64,000 nt of DNA from Kudoa neothunni (Eukaryota; Animalia; Cnidaria): contig OZ199840.1 in the NCBI GenBank assembly GCA_964304625.1, positions 6,202,776-6,266,775 of the forward strand, read 5' to 3'. Positions 1 through 13,979 of this stretch are shown here, piece by piece; the stretch's first letter is position 1; every line of letters begins with the position of its first letter. Below the pieces are notes generated by a model. The model did not search any database, was not told the DNA's origin, and saw only the letters and a list, made by a program, of their open reading frames with translations. The position numbers were made by a program, and so were the translations under genes.

Positions 1-251
1 ATGGGAAAAATAAACATATATGATGATGAGGATAGTGAAACTGAATTAACATTTTGGTGTATAAATAGATCCTATCAACTATTTTTTCTGTTTCGATTAG
101 TTTACTGTTCCCAGCATTATATTTTGTGTATTATTTTTACAATATGACACCTTTTTTAAAATTTTAGTGCGATTTAAAATTTGTTGATACTATTTGATAC
201 GTTCCTATTACATCATTTGGTGCGATTTACAAAAATCGTCTGGCAACCCTG
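1..251 (+). mobile_element. Right end of a hAT-like element (CAGGG(T/C)TGCCAG-type TIR)
   Basis: Ends ...CTGGCAACCCTG at 251, the same terminus type as the elements ending at 46660 and 62062. Preceded by an acidic coding-like tail (YDDEDSETE). Confidence 0.45.
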
Positions 252-671
252 AGTCGGATACACGAGTAATCTCCATCTTTTTTCAACAAACACTAAATAT
301 AGATCTCTAATTTGTTTTGATAATCATTTATAAATTGGTTCTTTTTCATATTTTTTACCATATAAACACAAATTTTACAATATCAAATTTAATTTTACAG
401 GTTTTAAACATGAATTGTTTAAAATCGAGAAGACAACCGCGTGCTCTCAAAAATATATTTTCCTAATTTTCTTGGGGCTGATGAGCTTTTCCAATCATTA
501 ATCAATGTTTAATTTCAATATGGAAATAACTTAAGGCAGATTATAGAAAGTTATTACTTGTTAGGAGGAGTTCTTACGTGTTTAGTATAGCATTTGATAA
601 ACACAAAAATGTAATTACAAAAAGACCTAAAACCGAAAAAATTGTTAATTCTATAAAATTATTAGTTTTAA

Positions 672-1308
672 TCTACTATAAAAAGCAAACCGGTAATCCA
701 TGTGTGTGTCAATGTGTACGCATTTTTCATTCTTTATAGAGAGACATATCGCTCTATTTGAGCATATGTATGGGAAGATAAAATTTTATTTAAACATAGA
801 AAAATACGTAAAAAATTATAAATGGTTTGCATCCTGCAGAATGACTAAAAACATTTACACGTAGTATGATTAGTTTGATTTGAAGATTTATGCAAACATA
901 TAGATCATTTCATTAAAGATTTAAAAGTTTATTTTATTTTAAAATTATTAAAAAGTAATTCAATAATTGAATTAGTTCTAATAAGGAAGGTAATAGTAGG
1001 TTATGTAGTCAAGCATTAATATGAAATTCATTTGTTGATGTTTAATAAGATTAGACATTCATATGGTATGATATAGAGATTACTGCAAACAACAAGGAGA
1101 AAATCAATTTTTAAACGCTCAGTAGTGTTTATTCATTTTTAAAAATATTAAGTAAGGTTCATGCGTCCAATTAGTTAAATAAATCATCCGTTAATTGGTA
1201 ATCTTTGTACTATTTATTTAAATACTCTTAATTTACTTTGAACTTCATAAGACCTTGGTCTGCGTGGCTGGGCAAGGAAGCCCATGCGAGGCGGAGCTTT
1301 TGCGCTAG
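672..1308 (+). mobile_element. Non-autonomous Helitron
   Basis: 5' TC (a|TCTACTATAAAAAG...TGTGTGTGTC...GTACGCAT, resembling the 60295 copy). GC-rich hairpin-like 3' segment, then CTAG|t. Inserted between A and T. Confidence 0.65.
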
Positions 1309-1769
1309 TAATTTTATAAATCGCATCTGAATGAAAATTTTAAAGATAAAAAATAATTACAAATGTCATTAACTAATTAATGATGCCGAATAAATTCTCA
1401 TCTAATAAGGTTCAGATTGCAAATCCATTTCCCAGATTTCAATTTACACAAAGATTCCGCCAATTGAATCATTTCAAAATCTAAAGAGAATTATTATAAC
1501 TAAACTGTTCTCCGATAAGCATGAAAATAAAAACCGGCACTAAAATCTAATCAGATTTAAACATTATTTTTAATTAAGTCGATTCCCCCTAATCATTTAA
1601 TATAGTTTTGTTAACTTAAGAATATTTGAAAAGGTGTAATGATATATAAAATAATTCAAAATTTATAAAAGATGGTAAATAGAGGTAAGGATTGATTGAT
1701 TGATTCATTCATTCATTTAATAAAAAACAAATAGTCCTAGAAAGATAGTTCAAACCAAAAGAAGTCCCA

Positions 1770-4632
1770 TCAAGGACATTTCTTGACATCACAAGATTCA
1801 ATATTTTGGAAAAACCCTGAAGAATTATACAACGATGTGCATCCAATAAGCAAATTGTATCCCGCTAATGTATGTAGGTTAAATCAGCAATCATATCAAC
1901 GATCATACGAAGTTCGTTTCGGAACAAATACTGAAGAGCAGATATTTCCGAAAAACTGCAGCCACCAATAAAAAAAACCAGCACATTTTTAGACAATCCT
2001 ATAGCAAGAATTTTACAATTAGGGCTACGTTAAAACATTCACCTTGATTGAGCACGTTTGGATTTCGTTGGGTGGCATTATATGAGTCCGTTGTTTTGGG
2101 AATATTTATTGGGCCCGGTAATGTTTTCAATATCTATTCAATATCAATGAAATGAATTTGAAGTATTCGAGTTCACCTCAGCAAATGGTTTGGTTCTGTA
2201 CTCTGGAAAGCTGGGGTTAACTAGATAGTGGATCAGTTTTACACTCAATGGTAGATATCCATGGAAACATTTATAAAGGGAACATTTCTAACCGAACGTC
2301 CTAATATTATAATGACGCCCAACTATCCAACCTACGTCATCGTCTGAATCGTTATGGTTGACATAATCTTGTTGAGTTAGTTTTAGAATGGTTATAATGT
2401 TTTGATAGATGCTGTTGGAGGAGGAAATAGTTGTAAGTGAAGTTGGAGCAGTTGACGGCCGAACACTAAACAAACCAGCAATACCGAGTTTCATGAGCAG
2501 CGTAAGTTTCTGATATCCGTAAGACTAGGTCAATGATTCATATTAGAGAGGTGAATGATCTTCGAACTGAATCTACATGTGTAATAGCAGTCGAATAGTA
2601 TTCATATGTGCGAGTTTTCAGACCTCCACTCATCAAAGATTGCAAACATATGAGTTTCAATACCTACAATAGCATATTAATGTAAATAATTCTACAAGGG
2701 TCACGTCGATTATTACATCCTCATAAGGTTCTAAAAGCGAGATTTTCTTTTCAATCAAAGGATGAACTCGATCCAAATTAAACGATTCCATGAACTCTAT
2801 TCACCAAATTGAAAACAAACGAGTCACATCAACAAAAACGCTGAAAAATACCCTCTTCAGTTGATATCGTTTCTCTAAAATCATTTTTATCCATTCTTTT
2901 GTTTATCAACTCAGCAATTGTTGTATCTATAATAAATATTTACGACGCTAATTATAACAGGTTAAGTTAATATCATACGAATGGAAATTTGAAGTTTTAG
3001 AGCGTTTAAATATGGGAGTCTGTTTACGAATTGCTTCATCTCGGATACACTTTGAGAATGTTTATTTTCCTATATAACAAAAATTATGATCAAAACCTTC
3101 AACACAACACAACCAATAAATAAAGTAAGTAATTGAATAAATAAGCTATCAGTTATTCAAAAAATCCAACCTCAACTTCATTACTCAATGCCTTGGTGGC
3201 AGCACTCAACACACTTCCTACTTCACTGTAATTTAGGGATCCTAACTGGGTATAAACTTTGGTAGAGGTATTGGACGGATTTGGTGAGAAGAGTTGAATT
3301 TTTTGTAGTTTTATTTCATTGTCTTTTAAACTGGTTGAACCTGACATGAATGGGTTCGATGGCATTTGTTGATCAATCTTTGAAGTCATTTTTGGTATCG
3401 GTACATTAGTGGCTCCTTAACACAAGAGTTACATGAGCAATTTCCCACTTTTTTCGAACAAAATTGACAGTTACCACAACTTGTACCAAATATCTCATCA
3501 ATCATTCCTCCGTAGGTCATTTGAGTCATTAGCATAGTGATCAAATCCACATTTCTGTCTATCAGTACCACTTCATTGATCATTTTGGGTGATTTATGAT
3601 TCTCGTTTTGTTTATGATGATTTCGGTCTGATTTTAATATGTTTATCACGCGCTTTAAAAAATTTTATAAAAATAATTTAATCTATGCATCTACGTTAGA
3701 ATAGGGTCCTATACCCTTGAACACTTTAACTCCACCGTATAACGACTCTACAACCTTCAACGAGTTAACAATGTTCATCACCATTGTAATGTCGTGATCG
3801 ACATAAAACTCCTAAATTAGCCAAAATCAACTATATAAGTGTTTGGAGTTTGACACCCACTCTAAAGCAATTAGGTTGTTCCATCGAGAATAGATTCCAA
3901 TCCAATGGAAATATGTAAAACGGCAGAATATCGATAGACGTGAATTTATTAGCGATCCCAAGTTCCTAACAGTTACATTATTTATTATTTATACCTGATG
4001 ATTCAATAGTAGATTTATTCGAGCACAAGTATAAACAATTTTTGTAGTATTATGAGAAACTGAGTGGTACTTTTAATTTCTCCATACAACTGACAGTTTG
4101 ATTTGGTATAAAATATATTAATAATTTTTTCGATAAAGCATCATCGCAACAACTATTTTAATGTATCATAATTAAATAAAAATTACATTATTTGAGCTAC
4201 TGTTTTAAGAACTCCCCAACAAGATCCAACACACTCAACAAAGGCCTCACAAAAAATATCACACATGTAGAATCCACTTTGGGAACATGATTTTTAGTAA
4301 GTTTATAAAATTCTTTAGTGTTCCTTTCCTAACGCAATAAACCCAAAAATTTTACAGTTAAATAATCACCGAAGAATAAAATTCATACTTTAAATACGGA
4401 AGCACTAGCTATAAGAGATACCGAATCCATTAGATACTCATCCCATACAGTTGCCTAATTTAGGTGAAATTCGAATTTTACAAACGATCGATTTTCCGAT
4501 GATTACCTTTGATTCCGGTATTCTACTTAACAAATCGTCAAGCTTGGCTATGTATGCATCTTGCAAAATCTGAGAATTTGTTGATGAGTTAGATTGTGTT
4601 AAATTGCCTGAAAATAAATCATCTGTTTTCAT
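1770..4632 (-). CDS. VPS33A: Vacuolar protein sorting 33 (Sec1/Munc18 family, HOPS subunit), multi-exon
   Basis: Spliced exons give ATVWDEYL..SLIA, IFFVRPLL, IFPLDWNLFSME, VLIDRNVDLITMLMTQMTYGGMIDEIFG, LNYSEVGSVLS and VFFIGGCSFSEISAL, all colinear with VPS33A. GT-AG introns; stop TGA at 1770-1772. Confidence 0.9.
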
Positions 4633-6391
4633 TCTCCAATGCCACAACCAACCAGTAACACCTTAAGAGTATTGAACGATTTCAACCGAAGCTGGTTATT
4701 TGTTATTTAATTTAACTTTTTTTGGCAAAAAATGTCGATAATAAGATAATTCGTAGTTATTGTTAGTTTTACTTCTTTAATACCATTAGTGAAGAGGTTT
4801 TCGTTTGACGACGCATATGTTTGAACGTTTTGAACTTAATAAATGAACAAATATTTGTTTATATTTTAAACGAGAGTCTTCTCTTCTGTCATTTGTAGTT
4901 AAAAATATTTTTACTTCAAGTAAAATAAATAAATTTTACTTAATTTAATGATTATTATGGAAAATATTAGTTTAGATGGAGTTTGAAATGGATTAATTTA
5001 ATTTGACATCGTCGTAACATTATAGATTAATAATTATTAAATAATTAATAAAGTTATTATTCTCTTCCAGGCAAATGTTTAAATTCGATTTCATTTAGAA
5101 TATAGAGTAAGAATCAAAATTATGATTTTTTATAAAAATAGCACCAATGACAACGTTTAAAATTTTGGTCACACAGCCTGAAATCAGTTGATATTTTTAT
5201 AGTTATGCTTTTTGATTAGCACTTTATAATCATTTTTAGCATTTCAAAATTTGTTTACTATATAGTGCATTAGCTAGAGAAACCTCCAGGTACAGCAGAG
5301 GTCACTCTAATTATTCAATGTACGTCCTATTTTCGATTTGGAAGACTCTATAGTGATTTTTAAGCTTTCACCACATTAAAACTAAGTCATAACTTCCATA
5401 TAAAAAGCAAAATCTTAAATACTCTCCTAGCAATAGAACGAATTAACAATAATTTGGATTATTCGGCATAGTTCTAGGCAACATAATTCGAGTGTTGCAT
5501 TAAGATGGAAAAAATCTCAATTTCGCTCCCCTAAAAGCGGGAAAACAATTTTTCTTGTTATTAACGAATTAGTGTATGGTAATAAATGTAACTGTTTAAT
5601 TAAATTATAATAGTATAAAAATGAGGTCAAAACTAATGTCGATTTATTTTGAATAAGTTGCACGGCCGATTTCACATATGAGCGCGCGTGTACAATGTCA
5701 CAACGTTTTTAAGATGGAATAAGCACTTGTGATGTGTTTTAAAATTTTATATATAAAAAGGAAAACAAAATTAATTTTTTTACAACATATAGAATAATAT
5801 ATTTGGAAAGATTGTATTGATTGGAGAAGTCAAATTACACAGTTTCTTGTAGTAAATATTGAACGTCCCGAAGCCAAGGTGAATGAAATGAATTACTTTG
5901 AGATTTAGTATTTCAAGAATTGAAGTAAAATTGATGCGTGAAAAATCTATTTATAGCACTCATAAGGTTACGTCAGTTGTTAAAGTTGAGCAAATGAGGT
6001 GAACTGGCTTTAACGTAAAGAACGCCGTGTAAAAGTGGAAAAAATTTATTAAATCTAGTCACATTTCTTTTGAATCGAGTAAAAATGACAAATCATCGTT
6101 ATAGTTCTCATTATGATTGTGACAGACTGAATAGGATTATTGCAGTGTTAATATTTGGAAATCGAAGTCAAAATTACTAAAATTATTAATATTTTAATCC
6201 CATCAGAAAACACTGTTGTGTCCGTGCAAAAAGGTCCCATGTAAAAAAAACAAATAAATTAGAGAAGAGGGACGACCTTGCGTTAATTTAACTAAATATA
6301 AATAAGCTGAAAGGCGGTCGTTTCTCAGTTCGCCCAGGATGGGAAAGCAGCCCTCGCCGTAGCAGCAGGGCGACAAAAGGGGGATTGGTCA

Positions 6392-6978
6392 CTATGCGTC
6401 CATGTAATGGTCACAGTGGACTACACTTGTGACACTCATCACAAGATTCGTACTGGTTCCAATAAGAGAGCGCCGATGTGAATGTAGCAAATGAAGCGAG
6501 AACGGGCTTTCACCAATAAATATCAGTTTTTCATACCGCACATTTATTGGAAGACTGGTATACCAATTGGCGTGATTCCTTCTTTCGTGTTTTACGTCAA
6601 GAGAATTACGGCTTTGGGGTTTTTGTCTCGTCATTGTGAATGTGATACCCTTTTGTTGAGCCACCTCCGTATAGCATATAGTTGTTTGACACAAGTCCGA
6701 ACTAAGGCGTTCAATCATACGTTGAAGGTGATCGTGCAATCGTCGTTGATCAACTGAAGCAACTAGGTTTTTATTTCATATGTAATTTTTGCACGTCGTA
6801 GATCACCTCTCACACCTTTTTCGTACGTTATATGGAGTTGTTTCCTTTTCACCATAGCATTTTTAGTTGATTTGTGTACACCTAAATCGCGCGATACTAA
6901 ACAAAGAGGTTTTCCCTCATCAACTACAAACATGATGGCTCTCTTTCTTAAATCATTCGATACACTCTCTTTTGACAT
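6392..6978 (-). mobile_element. Truncated Tc1/IS630-like transposase remnant
   Basis: HTH-like N-terminus (SNDLRKRAI..VSRDLGVHKST), DDCTIT, and first catalytic motif KLIFIGESPF (D>G). Contains stops and frameshifts. Confidence 0.7.
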
Positions 6979-7413
6979 TATGATATTTTAATTATATTAA
7001 TTACTACGTTTTAATTTGCTCAACAAATGGGCCTTCCGGTTTTGGATGAAAACCCCGGTACCAAGAGATAGCATTTTCCCGATTAATGAAGATGGTTCTG
7101 TCAATATGAATGTCATCAATTAATTTATCCGTGAATTTAAATGGATAAAAAAAATATGACCTATGGGTCGGCTTCATATCCCCATTAAAAAACTACAGTT
7201 TAAAACGAGTTAGATTACTATTTTGCCGTTTGTTTCTCTGAGGTTAATTATTTTAAAACAGAGAAAAATTAACGCGTATCAAAATAAAGCCTGTTTAGAA
7301 ATAAAATTAATATATCAACTAGCTCTAACATGTAATCTTTTGGCTAATAATTAATTTGCTAAAACCCGACTCAACCCGAATTATTTACGATTTTGTTGGG
7401 AGTGGAAAACCTG

Positions 7414-9508
7414 ATGAATTCCAACCCAAACGACGAAGAAAAACAGCATCTTAACACCGCACCTAATACTAACGCTGGGACGAATGCCATTATTGAAAAT
7501 TTAAAGAAACAAATCGAAGCCCGCAAAAAGTTTTTAAGTAATTAGCCGTGAAGATTGATGAAATAACGTTGACTTTATGTGTGATTTAGCTGAGGCTGTG
7601 GCTTCCGGTAAAACGCTAACTCTACAAGATGCTCAAATGAAATATATCGATCAACTGTCGTCTAGATCCAAAAAAACCATTCTCCTTCATCAACAAATAC
7701 AAAGCCAACTTTCTGAAAGGGCTAAAAATGCGTTGGTAATTTTAATTAAAATATTGATATTTTTAAATTTGTCTCTCTTTGGTAGACAAATAATTCAAAC
7801 AAAACGAATAATTTGATTGAAGGCTTCAAAAATGAACCAATTGACAGTGTTGATCAGCTGAACAATCACAACGGACTTAGTTCCATAGAGAGTGGGAAGG
7901 TGACCGCGAAAAGTGTTGGAAAATCTCAACTCAAATTGTTGCACTTTGATTCAAGAGTGAAGTAGATTTAAAATGCAGTTGCAACTTCTCTTCATCTTTT
8001 TCTTAATTAGAACAAATACCAACAGTATGACACGCAAACCCACTCGTAGTTTCAACTTCAATACTCCCGGAAAATTTATAACTATGGCCAACAACATTCG
8101 CACCAAAGAACGTCTCGAGAAACTCCAACAACAAATTCAAACCACCGCCAAAAAAACTGGTATCGCTTCTGCTGCCAAATTGGCTATGGTGACTATGAGA
8201 CATGACGCCGAACCTCACAATATACCAACTATGGAATGGTGGGATAGCGCCATTCTTCCCTATCAGTCGTATAACGCATTCATGGCTGATGTTAAGCAGG
8301 CCGGTGGTGATGTAAAATTGCTCAAAGATCAACTCGATAGTATCAATAAATTAGTTGAACATCCTATTGAGAGACTTCCTGCAGGTAGGATATATTTTCT
8401 TTTCTAATGAGATTAAGTCATTTATTTTTCTGAAAATAATATTAGATTGAGTTTATTTCATTTCTTACATTCCATTCATTTGTAATGATGTGAGTTGATC
8501 ATTGAATTTCCATATTTATAGATGATTCAAAAGATATTCACATGCCATTGTTTCTTACCAGAAAAGAACAAAAGAAAATTAGAACTCAACGACGCCGCGT
8601 GAAAGAGATTGAGAAACAGGAAAGAATTAGGGTAGGTTTAGAACCGCCTCCGCCACCCAAGGGTAATTACTTTAACAATAAAACCTTATTAACGTTTTCT
8701 AATAATTCTTTATGCTGCTGATAGTAAAACTGTCGAATTTAATGCGAGTACTTGGTAGCGAAGCGGTACAAGACCCAACTAAGGTGGAAGCTCATGTGCG
8801 TGAACAAATTGCTGCCAGATTGAAGTAATATTTTTTGCAATGGTCATTTTGGTTATCGATTGTCAATGTCTACGAATAGAGCTCATGAGGCGGCCAATGC
8901 CGCAAGAAAACTCACTCCCGAACAAAAAAGAATAAAGCAGATAAAGAAACTCAAAGAAGATACCACACTAGGTGTATACATTGCAGTGTACCGTGTGTGG
9001 GATCTTAGCAACCCTTCTAGAAAGTTCAAAGTGGATGTGAATGCTCAACAACTGTATCTAACCGGTAAACAATTATTTGAGTGAAATCTGATGATTATTC
9101 CATGTTGTTTTTAGGTTGTATACTTCTTATTCAGGATATGAATCTGGTGATTGTTGAGGGTGGCCCCAATTCTCTAAAAAAATTCAAACGTCTGATACTC
9201 AATCGTATCAAATGGGAGGAAGATGTTATAGGCAAATGCGCCACTCATGCCGATCGTATCAAACCTAAAGATGAAAATAGTGTCAGCAATAAATGTGAAC
9301 TTGTTTGGGAAGTATATTTGTTGTTGGTTGAAATATTTTACAAAAGTCGATTTAGGGTGTGAATAGGAAAAAAAATTTCCAGGATTTTAAAATCAAACAG
9401 GTTGTTACGGATTTTGTTGCTAGAGAATTTTTGAAGAAGCATAATTGCGAGCATTTTTGGGATCTTGCCTACACTCTATCACTTGACAATGATATCCAAC
9501 TAAAATAA
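7414..9508 (+). CDS. PRPF3: U4/U6 snRNP protein Prp3, multi-exon
   Basis: [131 protein letters not shown]. Confidence 0.97.
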
Positions 9509-12183
9509 CAAATTTTAGTGTATTTATTTTATTTTTAATAAGCCGATTGTCTATTATCTGCTTGCTGCGTGCAAAGGCTGGACAAATTAATTGTCATTAA
9601 TTGATTGATCAACAAACTATAATTAAACTTTATTTTAAATTTTTGTGTGGTGGAATCGGTTCATTTTTTAAATTTTGCATTATGATGCCTCAATTGTTTA
9701 ATAGAATTCCGACTTTCATGCTTTTTCAATATTATGGTGTATATTTATGTATTTTAATTCATTAAAAGATATTTGAGTAAAATATTTCTATAACTAAGTC
9801 AAATCTCGAATACTTCTGCGTTAATACTTAAATATAAATTTTTAATGATTGATAAACAAATTAATATAACTTTAAAGCCTAAAATATCTTTTTATCGCGT
9901 TTATAAATTCAGTATTTATTTAAGTTCTTTTATGAAAGCCGCTTTATGCGAAATATTAATTTGATTCATCAACGTTAAGTGATATTAGAGCGAGAGTTAA
10001 CAAAACTTCACCTACCTGTATATTTTAAGTGCATAAACATCGTATAAAGCGAATAATTGACCGGTTTGATTATAAAATTGCTAAGGTTAATTAATCGAAC
10101 AATAAATCTCAATCAAAATGTAAAATGGATTTTATAAATATTTTAATGAAAATCTTGTTAACACCCTAATCTCACTTGAAGTTTTGAAGGAAAAATAAAT
10201 ATATTATTAGAGCTACAAAATATTGCATCTTCAAATAATGACCATTTAAAAAGTAATCGGAAATATTTTAACATTAAACGACGATTATGACTGAATGATT
10301 AGTTGAATTTTAATTATGAATTGTTGATATTATAAACTTGCATTTAAATGCTATAAAATTTATTATGAGTCAAATTTCCCAGTTTATAGAGAGTTTTATT
10401 TAAAAATAGTAATATTAAAGACTGATAGATATTATAAACAAGAATCTAACATCAATTTGTTTCGATCACATGGATTGAGTATTTAAGATGTAATGTAGAA
10501 CTTATTTATGTTAAAAATTTTATTGGGTTAATAATAAAAAAATTAAAAATTCTTAATTTCGATTGTATCAATCGAGACTTTCGTGCGAAAATACATCTTT
10601 AGATAAATTTAATAAATTTATTTATTTATTGTGGAAGATTTAAATCAAAATAAATTGTTTTTTACGAAAAAATTCTTTGTACCCTCTGCCTGGGCTAAAA
10701 TTTAAAGTGACGTTTTAGTTAATTATTACTTATTAGGAGCTATTTGACTGTGTTTTTTAATCTAAATATATTGAATGTGCTCACTTTTGGTCATAGTATG
10801 TAACAATCGCTGGTATAGTTTTTTATGCATTAAGTCAACGTTTATTTGATGGAAATATTCTTACCTAATTTTAATGTTGTAACTCAATTGTTTTTACCAA
10901 ATATATAATTCGTTAGTCCCCAACAGAATCTTAAACATTTAAATATTCAATGTAATTTTAGACTTTATGATACGTAAAAATTTGGTCTTTTTACGCAATA
11001 AATTAATCATACGAGATAGTTATAAACGGCGCGGTTATACTGTGAATGACGGATATTTCGTATCTGCAACGTTTCACATAGGATAGAACTAATATTTCGT
11101 GCGAACTTTTATAAACTATTAAAAATCACTTAAACCTATATTATATAAATAAAAGAAATGAAGATTTCTGTATAATACAAGAAACTGTGATGTTACGATG
11201 TTCTTATGAATATTGGTACTTACTGTTGGTCACGAAGAAATAAAGTAATACTCAGTACGCACTAAATTCCTAATACCTTGGCATCATTTTTGTTTGTTTG
11301 TTTATAGTTTAATTTATATGGTTCATTAAATATTTTTCATTCAGTTTTATATACACTAATATTCATTAACTTAAGAGAGATAAACTAAATAACGTGGCTC
11401 TTCCAAATATTTGATCAGGAGAATACCACGTTTAAGACAAAAAACGTTCACCGCACTCCAAATGTATAAATTTGATTATTTAGCCGTATACTTTTTGTCT
11501 AAACTAAATAAAATAACAAACTTATCAATTCTTTAAAATAATTAATTAATTAGAATCTAATTTTATTGAATAAAATTGAACAAAGCTATTGTGAAGAACC
11601 TATTTATCTACAATCTAATTTAACCTACTTTAATCTTGTAGATTAAATCAAGGGTTTTCAACCGGGGGTAAATTTACCCATTGGGGATAAAATTTAAATG
11701 ATAGGGGGTAAATTAAGTAACATCAAAAGTAGATAAGAGCAATTTTTACATTATGGGTTTGTGACGTGCTTCAGGATTTCTAAGGAATGATATTATTCAG
11801 CCCTATTAGACTCAATAAGAATCAGGCAGAAATTCTTAAAATGTATTTAGGAATGAGTATTTAACAACAATTCATAAAACTATTATCAGTCTCTTTCGTT
11901 TTTCTTGTTTATCTTCTAATGGTGCATCCTAATAATAATACATAAAATGACCGTTTTCATGGCAAATAATATTCAAATGTCATTAGTTTTGACCATTTTA
12001 AATTATTGTTAGCCGATAAGAGCGAAGAAAAGAGCAACAAATAATTTAATTTGGCAAAATTTAAAAAATTAGATCTGTTTACAGCTCTAATTTGCAAGAG
12101 TTGATGGGATTAAAAATAGTCATTATGCAAGCATACGTGTCATCTAGTACCAAATTTACCACTCAAATAGCCTCTTCTAAAGC

Positions 12184-12416
12184 TAGAGGTTAAGATCGGT
12201 TTCGGTTTTCGCAAAAACGAAACCGATTTTAAAGAACTATTTTTTTATTAATATAAATTAGCTTCTATTCTCAATTGATACAATATTTTAAACAAAGAAC
12301 GACAAAAATAAATTTTCAATCTATCACATTTTTGCATAGTTTTTTCGTGCAAAAGAATTAATGTTGACAATTGGAAAAATTATTTACAAAACTGAAACCG
12401 AACCGTCGTAACCCTA
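12184..12416. mobile_element. Small MITE with TAG(A)GGTT..CGGTTTCGGTTT-type inverted ends
   Basis: ctagaggttaagatcggtttcggttttc versus reverse complement of gaaaccgaaccgtcgtaaccctag. TSD not clear. Confidence 0.5.
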
Positions 12417-12427
12417 GCTGTAGTTAA

Positions 12428-13957
12428 CTCTCCCGGTCCGATGTGGAGTCATCTGTGACCCCACGTGAGCTATTTTGCTTTTAACTCCAAGAATTTTTAT
12501 CTCATCATTTAATACAATTAGGAATACCTTGAAGTAACTATGAATTTTGAATTGAACAAATTTTTAATTCGTTTTCAGCATCTTCAAAATAGCTATACCG
12601 CATGTTTTATGAGGAACGATTATTTTTTGCTTCATTTTTCAACAAAAAGGTATAATTGTATCAACTTTTATTTTTTATTTTAAATTATGGAATTAGATTT
12701 TAATGGTTTTATTTATAACTCAAAAAGATGCAGTATCGTTTCTAGCTAAGTTGTAATGAGATTAACGACTATTAACCCGCATATAATTAGATTAACATTC
12801 CTTCTGTGTTAGTGAAACGTAACTGTCTTGATGTTTTTATATTAACTAGTCTTCTTAAAATTATATTTTCTTATTACTAAACAATATGATTTCGAATAAT
12901 ACATATAACGATATCGAATGGCTTATACAAAATAATCTTAACTCAAATTCCGATGATTCTGATTTTAAAATACCAGAATCTGACAATTTCCTATAAAGAT
13001 GCTTTTTATTATTCAAGAATACATTATTATAACAGATGCTTTCATTTTCTAATGACCAAGATTTAGAAGTCCACATTTTCTTGTTCGAATTGTAGCAAAT
13101 TTATTTGCCCAAATCATGCCGAACAAAAGTAAGTTATCTCATGTAACAAGTGACCCGAATAATTTTCTCACATAAATTTGTTATTATTAATGTAAAATTT
13201 GTTGGGTAGAGATTTTTTAGTTCCCTTAATATTAAGAGTCAATTTAATTTGGAAATTTTAATACACACAATTCCTACCAATTGGTGAATCGGGCAGTTAA
13301 CTTAGTATAATCGGCTGAATTTTATTATATTTTTTAATTGAATGTCTGATAAAAATTAAAGGATGAAGTATAATAAAAAATATTTGCAACCACATGCTGT
13401 TTATAACAATTATAACCCCTTCTAATGTCTTAGCAAAATATCTATATTTTTCATATTACTTAAAATATTTTTATAATTCGACATGATATTGAAAAATTAA
13501 TTTTCAATTCCGTCCTAATACAGTTATTTGAAAAGCAATGAGGCGATCAAAATACACTTAATCCATTCTGAGTTTTCCTAAAGATAACAAAGATGCTTGT
13601 CATTTTGGCCGGCCAGCCGGGCGAGGTCATATACCTACTTCATTTCAGCTTATTTTTATTTTTAATTGATTAATTCGGCGAATATTTTTGTTTCTATGAC
13701 TCATGTTAACCTCTCAAGGACTTTGGCGTTAAAAATCTAATTAAATTGGAGGTAGCTGACCTACTTGGGTGTGCTCACGATTAGGATCAAAAACTAAAAA
13801 TTAGAATCCAATTTACCTATGTGTAGCGTAACATTATGCCAAGAGATGTGCTGAGTTAATTTGATAAAAATTTGAAGCTTTTAAGATTGTTTTTATGGGG
13901 ATCAGAAATGACCCCATCGGCTTCCGCGTTGTGACTACGCGCTCAATACAAGGAGGG
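12428..13957. mobile_element. Non-autonomous piggyBac-like element
   Basis: TTAA on both sides; ends CTCTCC / GGAGGG. Subterminal inverted repeat ccgatgtggagtcatctgtgacccca versus tggggatcagaaatgaccccatcgg. Confidence 0.7.
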
Positions 13958-13979
13958 TTAAGCCAATATTAAATCTTAA

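Noticed and set aside
6320-6390. SRP RNA helix 8 resemblance (CCCAGG..GAAA..AGCAG)
   Set aside because: Spacing and pairing do not fit, and no Alu or helix 5 context is visible.
8385-8521. Longer PRPF3 intron as a possible snoRNA host
   Set aside because: No correctly ordered C/D boxes with terminal stem, and no H/ACA hairpins seen.
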